Assembly (NCBI GenBank): GCA_041484665.1
Contig: JBGPIA010000002.1
Span: forward strand, 640,001 to 704,000
Length of the DNA stretch: 64,000 bases
Source of the DNA: Candidatus Krumholzibacteriia bacterium
Lineage (GTDB): Bacteria; Krumholzibacteriota; Krumholzibacteriia; JAJRXK01
Reading direction: 5' to 3'
Shown: positions 49,630-59,273 of the stretch, in pieces
How positions within the stretch are numbered: the first letter of the stretch is position 1
Layout of the letters: each line of letters begins with the position of its first letter
Notes under the pieces: model-generated
The model's database searches: none
What the model saw: only the letters and a program-made list of their open reading frames with translations
What the model was told of the DNA's origin: nothing
Translations under genes and position numbers: made by a program

Positions 49630-50604
49630 ATGCAGCAGGCCTCCACGCCGATCAGCAATCTAGCCGCAGATCCGCGGTACGACGAGCTCGACGCGCGGTT
49701 TCCGGGGCGCCTGCGCCGCGGCGTCCCACTCGCCGAGCGCACCAGCTTCCGCATCGGCGGAGCCGCCGCCATCCTGGCCGAGGTGCAGTCCGCGAGCCTG
49801 ATGGCGGAGCTGCTCGCCGCCGCGCGCGAGCTCGCACTGCCGTGCTTCTTGCTGGGGGGCGGCAGCAACCTCCTGATCGACGAGAGCGGAATCCACGGCC
49901 TGGTCCTTGTCAATCAGATGCGAAGCCAGCGCTACGATGGTGACCTGCTGCGGATCGACGGCGGTGTGGGCTTCAACGACACCATCCTCGACGTGGTGGA
50001 GCATGGACTGGGCGGGCTGGAGTTCGCCGCCGGCATCCCCGGCACGCTAGGTGGAGCGGTCTGGGGCAACGCGGGCTGCTACGGGCAGGCGATCGGCGAT
50101 TTCCTGGTGGAGGCGCGCTGGATCGACCGCCGGGGGAAGATCGAGACCGTGGGCCCCGACGCCTTCGCCTTCGTGTATCGCGACAGCAAGCTCAAACGCA
50201 ACGGCGCGGTGCTGCTGGACATGGTGCTCCAGCTGCTGCCAGGCGACCGCGCGCGCAGCGAGTCGATCATCGCTGAGAACATGGGCCTGCGTTGGCAGAA
50301 ACATCCCCACCTGGAGCCCTGCGCCGGGAGCTACTTCAAGAACGTCCCGCCGCCCGATCCATCCCAGCGCCGCATCCCGGCCGGCCGGCTGCTGGAGGAG
50401 GTCGGCGCCAAGTCGCTGTCGGTTGGCGGAGCGGCGATCTTCCCCAAGCACGCCAACATCATCATCAACCGCGGCGGGGCCACGGCGAGCGACGTACGCG
50501 CCCTCGCGGCCGAGATGAAGCGCAGGGTGGGCCTGCAGTTTGGCATCGAGCTCGAGGAGGAGGTCACCTACATCCCGCCCGACCTCAAGGGCTGCTCCGT
50601 ATGA
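49630..50604 (+). CDS. murB: UDP-N-acetylenolpyruvoylglucosamine reductase
   Basis: TSFRIGG, GGGSNLL, GLEFAAGIPGTLGGA..GNAG, YRDS, AGSYFKN, HANII, LEEEV. Confidence 0.96.
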   Translation: MQQASTPISNLAADPRYDELDARFPGRLRRGVPLAERTSFRIGGAAAILAEVQSASLMAELLAAARELALPCFLLGGGSNLLIDESGIHGLVLVNQMRSQRYDGDLLRIDGGVGFNDTILDVVEHGLGGLEFAAGIPGTLGGAVWGNAGCYGQAIGDFLVEARWIDRRGKIETVGPDAFAFVYRDSKLKRNGAVLLDMVLQLLPGDRARSESIIAENMGLRWQKHPHLEPCAGSYFKNVPPPDPSQRRIPAGRLLEEVGAKSLSVGGAAIFPKHANIIINRGGATASDVRALAAEMKRRVGLQFGIELEEEVTYIPPDLKGCSV

Positions 50605-53290
50605 GCGGCACACTCGCGCGGCGCCCGCCAGCTTCGACATCCACGTAATAGCTCCCCCTCCCCACCGACGCCCCCCGCCCGTCGCGCCCCGACCAGACGG
50701 CCGCGAACCAGCCCGATCCCTCTGGCGTCGCCTGCACGCGCGCCACCACCCGACCGCGCGCGTCGCACACGCGTACACGCGGCGGCCGGTCACCCGCGGC
50801 GCGGAAGCGCAACGTCACCGGGCCGAAGCTGGGATTGGGCGAGGGAGTCAGCAGCACGATCGATCCCGCAGCACTTGCCGCCGCAGCAGCGGATGCCTCG
50901 ACTGCGGCCTGCGCCAGAACGTCGCCCGTCGCAGCCACGAGCGCGTAGCGCTCCGGCCCGCTGGCCGGGGCGGGATCGCGGCCCGTCCAGCTGCGCTCGC
51001 CCGGCGCCGCGGAGCCATCCGCCGCGGCAGGCTGCGCCACGAGCGCGATCGGCCGGCCGTCCCGCACGCGGCGTGCCACGACTTCCACCGAGGCGCTGGC
51101 GGTCAGCTCGACCGCCGTGCCCGTGCGCCGCGCGCTGAGCGCGCCGCGGGCGACCGGCACCGCCTGCTGCGGCTGGTTGAACAACGTGACGATCGCGTCG
51201 CCCAGCGCGTCGAGCACGACGACGTCGCCGCGTCCGTCACCGTCCAGGTCGGCCCCCACCTGGTCGAGCGGCAGCGACGAACAGCGATACGTCACCGGCA
51301 CGACGAAGCTGCCGTCGCCGGCGTTGATGTGCAGCGAGATCTCGCGGAAGGCCGGCGAGGAGACCACCAGGTCGTCTTGGCCGTTGCCGTCCACGTCGAG
51401 CGCGGTGATCCGCCCCGCCCCTACGGGGACCTTCACGTTGCGCGATCCGATGTGGTAGAAACGCGGAAAGGAGCTGAGGATGACCGTGAACGTGCCGTCA
51501 CCGGAGTTGGCGCAGGCGATGTCGGGCAGGCCGTCGCTGTTGAAGTTTCCGCAGGCGATCGTCCGCGGCTCGTCGCCGGCGTCGAAGCGCGTTGGAGCCT
51601 GCAGCCCCGTCGAGTCGCTGAAGGCGACGTAGAGGGAGCGGTACCCATCGAGGGCCAGCACGTCGTCACGCCCGTCGAGGTCCAGGTCGCGCAGTTCGGT
51701 GACCTCCGGCGAGCCCTGCAGCGGGACGGAGTCGGTGGGGATGAAGCCACCGCTGCCGTCACCGCGCAGGACCTGCAGCGCCCCCAGATCGCTGTCCGCC
51801 AGCACGAGGTCGCCCCGACCGTCGCCGTCGAGATCGCCCGCCGCGACGTCGCGCACACCGGCCGACAGCGGCAGCACCACGGGCGGGGAGAAGCCTCCTC
51901 CCTGGCTGAAGCGCAGCTCCACCAGTCGTCCGGGGACGATCACCAAGAGGTCGGGCCGCCCGTCGGCGTCGAGGGACACCCAGCGCAGCTTCGCCGCACC
52001 CGCCGTGACCGACAGCTGCCCCATCTGACGCCAGCGCAGACCGTGCAGCTCGTACAGCCGCACCTCCCTGGATCCGGCGCACAGGACAGCCAGACGGCGC
52101 GCCGCCCCCGCAGCCGGCAGGCTGAGATCGAGACTGATGGGGAGCTGGCCGGTCGCGGCGGAAGGGTAGGCCAGGAAGCCGCTCCCGAAGCTGCGCAGAA
52201 CCACCAGGGCGTTCTCGCTCGACAACGGCGCGACGATCTCGTCGCTGCCATCGCCATCCAGGTCGACCGGCAGGAGCTGGCCGAGCCCCTCGCCGAGGAA
52301 GTACGAGTCCTGCAACTGAGCGGATCCCGTGGCCCCGATGCGGTAGAGGCTCAGGCGGTCCAGCGGGGCCTCGCTGACCACGACGCGCCGCATCGGGCCG
52401 GCATCGGGCAGGCGCGCGAGCCCCGTGGAGGAGGGCGCAACCGGCCACGAGAGCACCGGTTGGAAGCGGCCGTCCGCGGTTCCCTGCATCACCACCACCG
52501 CGCCCTGGATGCCGTCCAGGGCGAGCAGGTCGGGATATGCGTCAGCGTCCCAAGCGCCGAGCAGCAGGCCGCGAGCGTCCCTCACCGGCAGTGACTGGGA
52601 GAGTCCGAAGCTCGCTCCCTGGTAGACGCCGATGTCGTCGGAGAGTGCTCCCGGCTGGGCGATGACGACCTGGGGCGTGGTCGCGCCGGGCCACCACGCC
52701 GCGCGTACGCTCGCGGGCTGGTCGCCTGCGGGATAGGTCTGCGCGGGCTGCAGGATTCCGCCGGCGTTGCGATAGACCGAGAGCAGGTCGGCCCCCTGGT
52801 TGGCCACCAGGACGTCGAGCCAGCCGTCCTGCCCGAGGTCCACCAACGCGAGCGACACTGCCTCGTCGCCGCCGGGCAGCGACTGCACGGCGCCAAACGG
52901 CAGCGCGCCGGTCGTCCCGAAGGCCCAGGACAAAGCCCCGCTGCGCCGGTCGACCCAGACCAGGTCGGTCCGTTCGTCATGGTTGAGGTCGGCGACGGCA
53001 ATCTCGACTGGCTCCCCCCCCACCACGAACACTCGGGGTGGGAGGAGCTCCCCATTGCCGCTCCCCTGCAACATCAGGATCGCGCCATTGGCGCTGCCAG
53101 TGGCGAGCACGTCGAGGACGCCATCGTCCGTGAGATCTGCTGCCGCGATCGAGGTCGGCTGGCCGGGGCAGGAGAACAGGGAGGGCCCGGGGAAGAACTG
53201 CGCGCAGGCCGGGCAGGGCGCCGAGACCTCCGCCAGCCAAACCGCGAGTACGGCCGCCGTGCGAGGCGCCCACGCGCGTCGGGCGGTCAT
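50585..53290 (-). CDS. Secreted FG-GAP/VCBS repeat protein with FlgD/T9SS-like C-terminal domain
   Basis: Many DLDGDGxxD repeats; C-terminal PSPNPS.GPVTLRF...DARGRVV...WSGRD.RG..V..G.YYV. Confidence 0.85.
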   Translation of the reverse strand: MTARRAWAPRTAAVLAVWLAEVSAPCPACAQFFPGPSLFSCPGQPTSIAAADLTDDGVLDVLATGSANGAILMLQGSGNGELLPPRVFVVGGEPVEIAVADLNHDERTDLVWVDRRSGALSWAFGTTGALPFGAVQSLPGGDEAVSLALVDLGQDGWLDVLVANQGADLLSVYRNAGGILQPAQTYPAGDQPASVRAAWWPGATTPQVVIAQPGALSDDIGVYQGASFGLSQSLPVRDARGLLLGAWDADAYPDLLALDGIQGAVVVMQGTADGRFQPVLSWPVAPSSTGLARLPDAGPMRRVVVSEAPLDRLSLYRIGATGSAQLQDSYFLGEGLGQLLPVDLDGDGSDEIVAPLSSENALVVLRSFGSGFLAYPSAATGQLPISLDLSLPAAGAARRLAVLCAGSREVRLYELHGLRWRQMGQLSVTAGAAKLRWVSLDADGRPDLLVIVPGRLVELRFSQGGGFSPPVVLPLSAGVRDVAAGDLDGDGRGDLVLADSDLGALQVLRGDGSGGFIPTDSVPLQGSPEVTELRDLDLDGRDDVLALDGYRSLYVAFSDSTGLQAPTRFDAGDEPRTIACGNFNSDGLPDIACANSGDGTFTVILSSFPRFYHIGSRNVKVPVGAGRITALDVDGNGQDDLVVSSPAFREISLHINAGDGSFVVPVTYRCSSLPLDQVGADLDGDGRGDVVVLDALGDAIVTLFNQPQQAVPVARGALSARRTGTAVELTASASVEVVARRVRDGRPIALVAQPAAADGSAAPGERSWTGRDPAPASGPERYALVAATGDVLAQAAVEASAAAAASAAGSIVLLTPSPNPSFGPVTLRFRAAGDRPPRVRVCDARGRVVARVQATPEGSGWFAAVWSGRDGRGASVGRGSYYVDVEAGGRRASVPLIRSSP

Positions 53291-53387
53291 CGGTGTCGGA
53301 CCCTCCTCGGGTCCCCTGGGGGGTGGACCCGCGCAGTGGGGCCCCCTCAATATCGGGGGCGCGGGGCCGCCGGGGCAACCGCGCGCA

Positions 53388-53417
53388 TTGACAAATGCCG
53401 CCCCAATCAAGTATTTA
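53388..53417 (+). promoter_or_regulatory. Sigma70-type promoter for the outer-membrane barrel gene
   Basis: TTGACA-18 bp-TATTTA. Confidence 0.55.
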
Positions 53418-53460
53418 TCCCTGGTTTCCCACCCCACGGGACCCGCTGAAGGAGTCCGCC

Positions 53461-54372
53461 GTGCGACGCGCCGCCTTGCTGTCCGGAATGCTGCTGCTTC
53501 TGGGGAGCGCGGGAGCCTGGGCCCAGACGCCCAGGGAGCCCCAGATGCCCAAGCAACCCGACCAGCCCGAGGAGACCCAGCCCGGCCGGGAGCGCAACGA
53601 GGTCGTCACCGAGAAGCTGTTCGTCCCGGGACTCAAGCGCAACGCGTGGCAACTGGACGTGCAGCTGGGCACGCTTGGCCTTGCCAAGACTTTCCTGAAG
53701 GCCGATCGGATCCTCGTCGACTACGAGTCCGACGCGGGCAGCGCCCTGTATGGGAACATGTCCCTGCAGGGACAGAGCTCGTTTAGCCCGCAGGTCAAGC
53801 TCGGACACACGATCAAGTCGTTCAGCCTCGAGGAGGGCGTCGGGTTCGCCATCGGGGACTTCAAGCAGCAGGTCGATCGCGGCAGCATCGTCTCGCCCGC
53901 CCCGACCAACACCAACACGCTGACCGACAACGAGGTCAAGACGGGCTCGTATTTCATGTGGTTCCACGAGACGTCGGTGTCGTGGTACCCCATCGTACGC
54001 GGGCGCTTGCTGCCGTACGTGTCGGGCGGCGTCGGCGGACAGTACTACTTCCTCGACAGCTCCAACTACGTGCACGGCACGACCTCGAGCCTGGCGTTCA
54101 GCACCGGCGTGGGCCTGCGGCTCGTCGGCGACAACGTTCTCTCGGCGCGGCTCGAAGTGCGCAACTACTGGTACTCGGTGGACTTCACACCGTCCCAGAA
54201 CTTCCTGAAAGACGTGCCGAATCCTGACCGTGGGGCTCCCGTCGGGGAACGGCTGTTGAACATCCCGCTCACGGCGTTGGACGCCGACGGCACGGCGCAG
54301 CAGGTGACGAAGTACGACAAGCAGTCTTTCAGCAACCTGTGGATGTCGGTCGGGTTCGTGGCGGCGTTCTAG
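53461..54372 (+). CDS. Outer-membrane beta-barrel protein
   Basis: AAGGAG RBS plus GTG; signal peptide ending AWA; LLPYVSGGVGG, STGVGLRL, ARLEVRNY; C-terminal SVGFVAAF. Confidence 0.8.
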   Translation: MRRAALLSGMLLLLGSAGAWAQTPREPQMPKQPDQPEETQPGRERNEVVTEKLFVPGLKRNAWQLDVQLGTLGLAKTFLKADRILVDYESDAGSALYGNMSLQGQSSFSPQVKLGHTIKSFSLEEGVGFAIGDFKQQVDRGSIVSPAPTNTNTLTDNEVKTGSYFMWFHETSVSWYPIVRGRLLPYVSGGVGGQYYFLDSSNYVHGTTSSLAFSTGVGLRLVGDNVLSARLEVRNYWYSVDFTPSQNFLKDVPNPDRGAPVGERLLNIPLTALDADGTAQQVTKYDKQSFSNLWMSVGFVAAF

Positions 54373-54385
54373 TCCCCGGTTTGCT

Positions 54386-55894
54386 TCACGTCCTGCGGTA
54401 GGCCAGCGCTTCCGACAGTTCGTCGGTTCCCACCGCCGCCCGCCCCTCCAGATCGGCAATCGTGCGCGCCACGCGCAGCGCGCTGTGCAGCGCGCGCAGC
54501 GAAAGCCCCTTGAGGTCGGCCCACTGCTCGGCCTGGCGACGCACCGCGGGGCCCAGTCGGCAGAGCTCCTGCAAGCGCTCGGGGGCCAGCTGCGCGTTCA
54601 GCGCTCCACCGCGCGCCAGCGCCAGCTCGCGCGCCTTGTGGATGCGCGCGCGCAGACCGTCGTCGCCATCGGCGTTGTCCCACAGCTTCCCCGCCGGCTC
54701 GCGGTCCATCTCGACCCATAGGTCGATGCGGTCGCGCAGCGGGCCCGACAGTCGGCGCTGGTAGCGGGCGATCTCGGAGGGCAGACAGCGGCAGGGGCGC
54801 GTCGCGCTGCCCAGGTAGCCGCACGGGCAGGGGTTAGTCGCCGCAAGCAGTTGGAAGCGTGCGGGGAAGCGCACCGTCTCTCCCAGGCGCGAAAGCCGGA
54901 TCTCGCCTCGGGTCAGCGGCTCACGCAGGAGGTCGAGCTTCTCGGCGCCCAGCTCGGCAGCCTCGTCCAGCAGCAGCACTCCGTGGTGGGCGAGCGTAAC
55001 TTCCCCGGGGCGCACCGGACGCCCCCCGCCGATCAGGCCGGCCACGCTCACGGAGTGATGCGGCGCGCGCAACGGCGGCAGGGCCGCGGCCACCGGGTCG
55101 ACGGCGAGCCCAGCGCAGCTCTGGATGCGCAGCCGCTCCAGACGCTGCTCGCTCTGCAGCGCGGGCAAGAGCCCCGGCAGGCAGTGTGCGAGCATCGTCT
55201 TGCCGCAGCCGGGTGGCCCGATCATCAGCACGTGATGCCCACCCGCCGCGGCGATCGCCAGCGCCCGCTTGGCCTTCGCCTGGCCACGAACCTGCCCGAA
55301 CGGGCTGTCCTGCGCCGGCGAAGGCGCAGGCGGTGCGGTGCCACCGCAGGCGGGCGCGTCGGGCAGCCGGCGCAGCGCCTCGGCCAGCTCGCGCAGGTGC
55401 GATAGCGTCACGCGCCGTAGGCCGGGGATGCAGTCCAGCTCCCGCGCCTGCGCGGCCGGCACGAGCAGGCGGTCGGCACCCATCGAAGGCGCGTCCAGCC
55501 CCAACGCCAGCGCGCCGCGCGCGGGGCGCAGGGCGCCGTCCAGCCCCAGCTCGCCGACGATCAGCGTGCGTCGCAGCACGCCGTCGGGCGGGCGCGCCAG
55601 TTGGCCGGACGCCAGCAGCAACCCCGTCGCGATCGCCAGATCCATCGCCGCTCCATCCTTGCGCAGATCGGCCGGAGCGAGGCTCACGGTGATCCGCCGC
55701 TCGGGCCAGCTGAAGCCTGCGTGCCGCAGCGCCGCCCCCACGCGCTCGCGGCTCTCGCGCACTGCGGCACTGGCCAGTCCCACCATGGAGAAGCCGGGCA
55801 GGCCGCGCGCGAGGTCGACCTCCACTCGTACGCGCAGCCCGGCCAGCCCGTGCAGCGTCCCCGTGACGACCCGGGCCACCTCGTCGTCGTTCAT
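54386..55894 (-). CDS. comM: YifB/ComM family Mg-chelatase-like AAA+ ATPase
   Basis: VRESRERV, LAPADLRKDG, GPPGCGKTMLA, RAPHHS, PGEVTLAH.GVL.LDE, AATNPCPCG, LSGPL.DRID. Confidence 0.94.
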   Translation of the reverse strand: MNDDEVARVVTGTLHGLAGLRVRVEVDLARGLPGFSMVGLASAAVRESRERVGAALRHAGFSWPERRITVSLAPADLRKDGAAMDLAIATGLLLASGQLARPPDGVLRRTLIVGELGLDGALRPARGALALGLDAPSMGADRLLVPAAQARELDCIPGLRRVTLSHLRELAEALRRLPDAPACGGTAPPAPSPAQDSPFGQVRGQAKAKRALAIAAAGGHHVLMIGPPGCGKTMLAHCLPGLLPALQSEQRLERLRIQSCAGLAVDPVAAALPPLRAPHHSVSVAGLIGGGRPVRPGEVTLAHHGVLLLDEAAELGAEKLDLLREPLTRGEIRLSRLGETVRFPARFQLLAATNPCPCGYLGSATRPCRCLPSEIARYQRRLSGPLRDRIDLWVEMDREPAGKLWDNADGDDGLRARIHKARELALARGGALNAQLAPERLQELCRLGPAVRRQAEQWADLKGLSLRALHSALRVARTIADLEGRAAVGTDELSEALAYRRT

Positions 55895-56134
55895 CCGTCA
55901 TGCGATCCCGTCCGGGAGGCGGGTGCGGCGCGCGCCACGCAGGCGCGGGCTGAGGCAGACGCGGAGAATCTCGCGGGAGAGCTTGGAGCGAGAAGGCGCA
56001 AGCGAAGCACCGGCCGCGGGATGCTAGCGCGCCGCGCCTGCACGGCGCAAGATGGCAAGGCACGGCGCCGCGACCGCTGAGCGCGGCCCCGCGACCGTGG
56101 AGCCCCCGCCCGCAGAATGAAAGGACGCTCGACC

Positions 56135-57163
56135 GTGGACGAGCTGCAGGTCATCGCCGCCCCGATGGACCTCCCGCTGCAGCGGCCCTTCACCATCGCC
56201 CGCGGCAGCAAGACCGTGGCGCAAAACGTCCTGGTGCGGATCAAGAGCCAGGGCGGGGCGGGGCGGGGAGAAGCAGCTCCTTCCCCCCGCTACGGCCAGT
56301 CGCAAGCCTCCTGCCTGCAGGCGCTGGCGGCCTTCCGGCCGCCCCAGGGGCTCGGCCCGTTGGACATGCCCGAGATTCTCGACGCGTTCTCGGCGCAGTT
56401 CCCAGGTGAAGCCGCCGCGCGGTGCGCGCTGGAGTCTGCGCTGTGGGATTGGGTCGGCCGCCGACGGCACCTGGCGCTGCACCGCCTGCTCGCCATCGAT
56501 CCCGCGCGCACCCCGTTGTCGTCGTTCACGATCTCCATCGATGAGCCCGACGCCATCGAGGCCCGCGTGCGCGAGGCCGAAGGCTGGCCCATCCTCAAGG
56601 TCAAAGTGGGTGGCGGAGCGGCCGACGTCGCGGCGATCGAACGCCTGCGCGCCACGACCGACCGCCCCTTCCGCGTCGATGCCAACGAAGCCTGGAGCGA
56701 AGCCGAGGGGCGCGAGAAGATCGCGTGGCTGGCGGGGCTCGGCTGCGAGTTGGTGGAGCAGCCGCTGCCCGCCGGCTCACTGGATGCGATGGAGCGCCTG
56801 AAGGCGGCGAGCCCGCTGCCGCTGGTCGCTGACGAGGACGCCACCGACGCCGACGCGGTCTGGGACCTGGCCCGCGGCTTCCACGGCGTCAACGTGAAGC
56901 TCATGAAGACCGGGGGCCTGCGCGACGCCGTGCGGATGATCCACGCGGCGCGCGCCGCCGGGCTGGGCGTGATGTTGGGCTGCTTCGTGGAGAGCAGCCT
57001 GGGGATCGCCGCGGCGGCCCACCTGGCTCCCTTGGCGCGCTGGGCCGATCTCGACGGCGCCGCGCTGCTGGCGAACGACCCCTATCGCGGGGCGGAGGTC
57101 GTGGACGGTCGGATCACCATCCCCACCGGATCCGGACTGGGCGTCGAGGAAACGGACGCCTAG
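56135..57163 (+). CDS. Dipeptide (L-Ala-D/L-Glu) epimerase, enolase superfamily
   Basis: PFTIARG, LKVKVG, VDANEAW, EQPLP, ADE, NVKLMKTGG, DLDG; start is GTG 56135 (after AAGGA) or ATG 56117. Confidence 0.92.
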   Translation: MDELQVIAAPMDLPLQRPFTIARGSKTVAQNVLVRIKSQGGAGRGEAAPSPRYGQSQASCLQALAAFRPPQGLGPLDMPEILDAFSAQFPGEAAARCALESALWDWVGRRRHLALHRLLAIDPARTPLSSFTISIDEPDAIEARVREAEGWPILKVKVGGGAADVAAIERLRATTDRPFRVDANEAWSEAEGREKIAWLAGLGCELVEQPLPAGSLDAMERLKAASPLPLVADEDATDADAVWDLARGFHGVNVKLMKTGGLRDAVRMIHAARAAGLGVMLGCFVESSLGIAAAAHLAPLARWADLDGAALLANDPYRGAEVVDGRITIPTGSGLGVEETDA

Positions 57164-57328
57164 CGCCGCCCGCCAGGCGATCGTCGCTGCCTGGGACCAG
57201 CGCTCTCCACGCAGCCGTCACCCACAGCAACGCCGCGCCACAACTGCCCCGCAAACGCCGGCGCCCCCCGCTACCTGCGGTGGGCGCCGACTCGAGGGCG
57301 AAGGCCGCGCGCGCAGGCGCGCGGTGTG

Positions 57329-57997
57329 CTACGGGTGGTAGCTGTCCTTCAATGTCCCCCAGCTGCGCTGCTCGGTCGGCACGCCTTCGGTGCAGACCAT
57401 CTTCGCGTTGAACGTGCGCGTGAACGGCGCGCTCGGCATCGGATTGAACACCGGGCTGCCGCCGTGGATCACGCTCGCCAGGAACGAGCAGTCCAGCGGG
57501 GCGGTGGCCAGGATGTCAGCGTAGCGGGTCCCGCCGACGTACAGGTAGCTGCCCACGCCGTTGCCGTAGGCCAGGCCGAAGACGTCCGTCTGCAGCGAGG
57601 CCGTGAACCCCGAGAGCGACCCGGTCAGGATCGCCGTCCCGTCGGAGAACGTTCCCAGACTGGCGTAGCTGGCCGGCGTGGAGGCATCCTCGTAGATCGC
57701 CCAGCTGCCGGTCGCGTACGTGTCGTTCAGCTGCGTCGCCAAGGTGCCGGTCTTGCCCGTCTGGATCAGCGCTGCCACGAGCGTGTACTGCTTCGTCGCG
57801 AAATCCAGGGGGATCGGCGTTGGAGTGCCCGGCGTCGGCGGGTTGGCGATCCCGTAGACGTACAGGGTGCTCCCGATGGCGTCGTCGGTGGGCACCGCGT
57901 AGCTGAATCCCTCGAAGGTGAACGCCCCATTCGCGGCCGCACCGCTTGCGAACGCAGCGACGAACGCGAAGGTGAGGATCGCTGTCGCCATCTTCAT
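57329..57997 (-). CDS. Secreted protein with C-terminal SWGxxKxxY tail
   Basis: Sec signal ending AAA; Thr/Gly/Ser-rich beta body; ends GVPTEQRSWGTLKDSYHP. Confidence 0.85.
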   Translation of the reverse strand: MKMATAILTFAFVAAFASGAAANGAFTFEGFSYAVPTDDAIGSTLYVYGIANPPTPGTPTPIPLDFATKQYTLVAALIQTGKTGTLATQLNDTYATGSWAIYEDASTPASYASLGTFSDGTAILTGSLSGFTASLQTDVFGLAYGNGVGSYLYVGGTRYADILATAPLDCSFLASVIHGGSPVFNPMPSAPFTRTFNAKMVCTEGVPTEQRSWGTLKDSYHP

Positions 57998-58063
57998 GTT
58001 GTCTGATCCCCTTTCCGCTTGATCAAGCCGACCTCGGCGCGCCGCTGTCGGCGCCGCCGCGTT

Positions 58064-58768
58064 CTAGTTCTTGTAGAGGGCCTTGAGCTTGCCCCACGAG
58101 TTCTGCTCGGCAGGCACGCCCGAGTCCACGAAGATCTGGCCGTCGAGCTCCAGGTTGTAACCCTGGGGAATGAGCGGGTCGAGCTGGGGCCCCACGATGC
58201 CTTCGAACAGGAAGCTGTTGCCCGTGGGCGGCAGGGGACCGTTCTGATCGGCCGTGAAGACGATCACGCCCTGGGCACTGCCGGTGAAGCGCACCGTGTT
58301 GTACCGCAGGTTGAACTGGGTGAAGTGCCCGATCAAGTAAACCGAGCCATCGGTGAACGTGCCGGGAGCCGAAGCATTCGGCGGGTTGATCCCGTAGTCG
58401 CCCACGGTGTAGCTCCCGCCGCCCACCTGGTCCGTGTGGATCTCGACGTTCCCCCCCGCGTAGGACACGAGGATCTCATCGAGATTGGCCGGATTCACGA
58501 TCTGGCCGCCCGACACGAGATTGGAGAAGTAGTAGGTGTACTCGTACGGTCCGAGCGGAGGCGTGAGCGCCTGGCTCGCGCCATCGACGAAGCCGACCGC
58601 GAACATCTGGTCGCCAGGATCGCTGGGCGGAAAGACGTTGGGGCCGCCCCCGCCGACCGAGCTCTCCCACACGTTGCCGATGATGTCGAACACGACATAC
58701 TGGGCGGAGGCCGGACCGACCAGCATTGCCAGGAGAAGCGCTGTCGTCGTTAGCAAGGAAATTCGCAT
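58064..58768 (-). CDS. Secreted protein with C-terminal SWGxxKxxY tail (paralog of the downstream gene)
   Basis: GAGG RBS, ATG 58768; Sec signal ending ASA; ends GVPAEQNSWGKLKALYKN. Confidence 0.85.
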   Translation of the reverse strand: MRISLLTTTALLLAMLVGPASAQYVVFDIIGNVWESSVGGGGPNVFPPSDPGDQMFAVGFVDGASQALTPPLGPYEYTYYFSNLVSGGQIVNPANLDEILVSYAGGNVEIHTDQVGGGSYTVGDYGINPPNASAPGTFTDGSVYLIGHFTQFNLRYNTVRFTGSAQGVIVFTADQNGPLPPTGNSFLFEGIVGPQLDPLIPQGYNLELDGQIFVDSGVPAEQNSWGKLKALYKN

Positions 58769-58834
58769 CGATACCGCCTCGTCGTCGATCGGGTTGTAGA
58801 ACACTGCGCTACGAGCGCAGCTCGCGTCAGGAGT

Positions 58835-58864
58835 CAACGTGGCGATGCCAACGTGGCGATGCCA
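58835..58864. repeat. Perfect 14-bp tandem direct repeat (caacgtggcgatgc x2, plus ca)
   Basis: Read directly in the intergenic region upstream of 58768. Confidence 0.9.
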
Positions 58865-58881
58865 GGAGGGAGCCTGCATCC

Positions 58882-58911
58882 ACTCTACCATGGGACAGCC
58901 AGGAGCCTCAA
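58882..58911 (-). promoter_or_regulatory. Putative promoter of the SWG-tail gene pair
   Basis: TTGAGG-18 bp-TAGAGT with a TGn extension. Confidence 0.45.
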
Positions 58912-59257
58912 GAAAGAACTCCGCTCAGCGGGATCATTCGGGGACACGCGGGAGTTCCGGAGGAAGGGCACAAAAAGCGAAAGCCGATGTGGGTGCAAAA
59001 CGCCCCGGCGCCGGACGAAGTCGCCTCGGCACACGTTGCGCCACCGCGCAGGCCGCTGGGCAGACCAGCGCTCGCCCCCACCGCAAGGGCGATACTCCCA
59101 CTCCCCACTCGCCCTTTGCGGGGGCAGCCGGGCACCACGCGGAACTTGCGGCCATTACTCTCCCCCCAGAGCAGCGGGCAGTCGTTATGGGGCAGCCCGT
59201 GCCACGCCGCGGCACCCGCCCGGGGCGGCGCCGGTCCGCCCGTACCGGCGGCCATGT

Positions 59258-59273
59258 TGGCACGCAGGTTGTA
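59258..59273 (+). promoter_or_regulatory. Possible sigma54 (-24/-12) promoter of the kinase gene
   Basis: TGGCACG-CAGG-TTGTA versus consensus TGGCACG-N4-TTGCW; one mismatch at -12. Confidence 0.45.
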
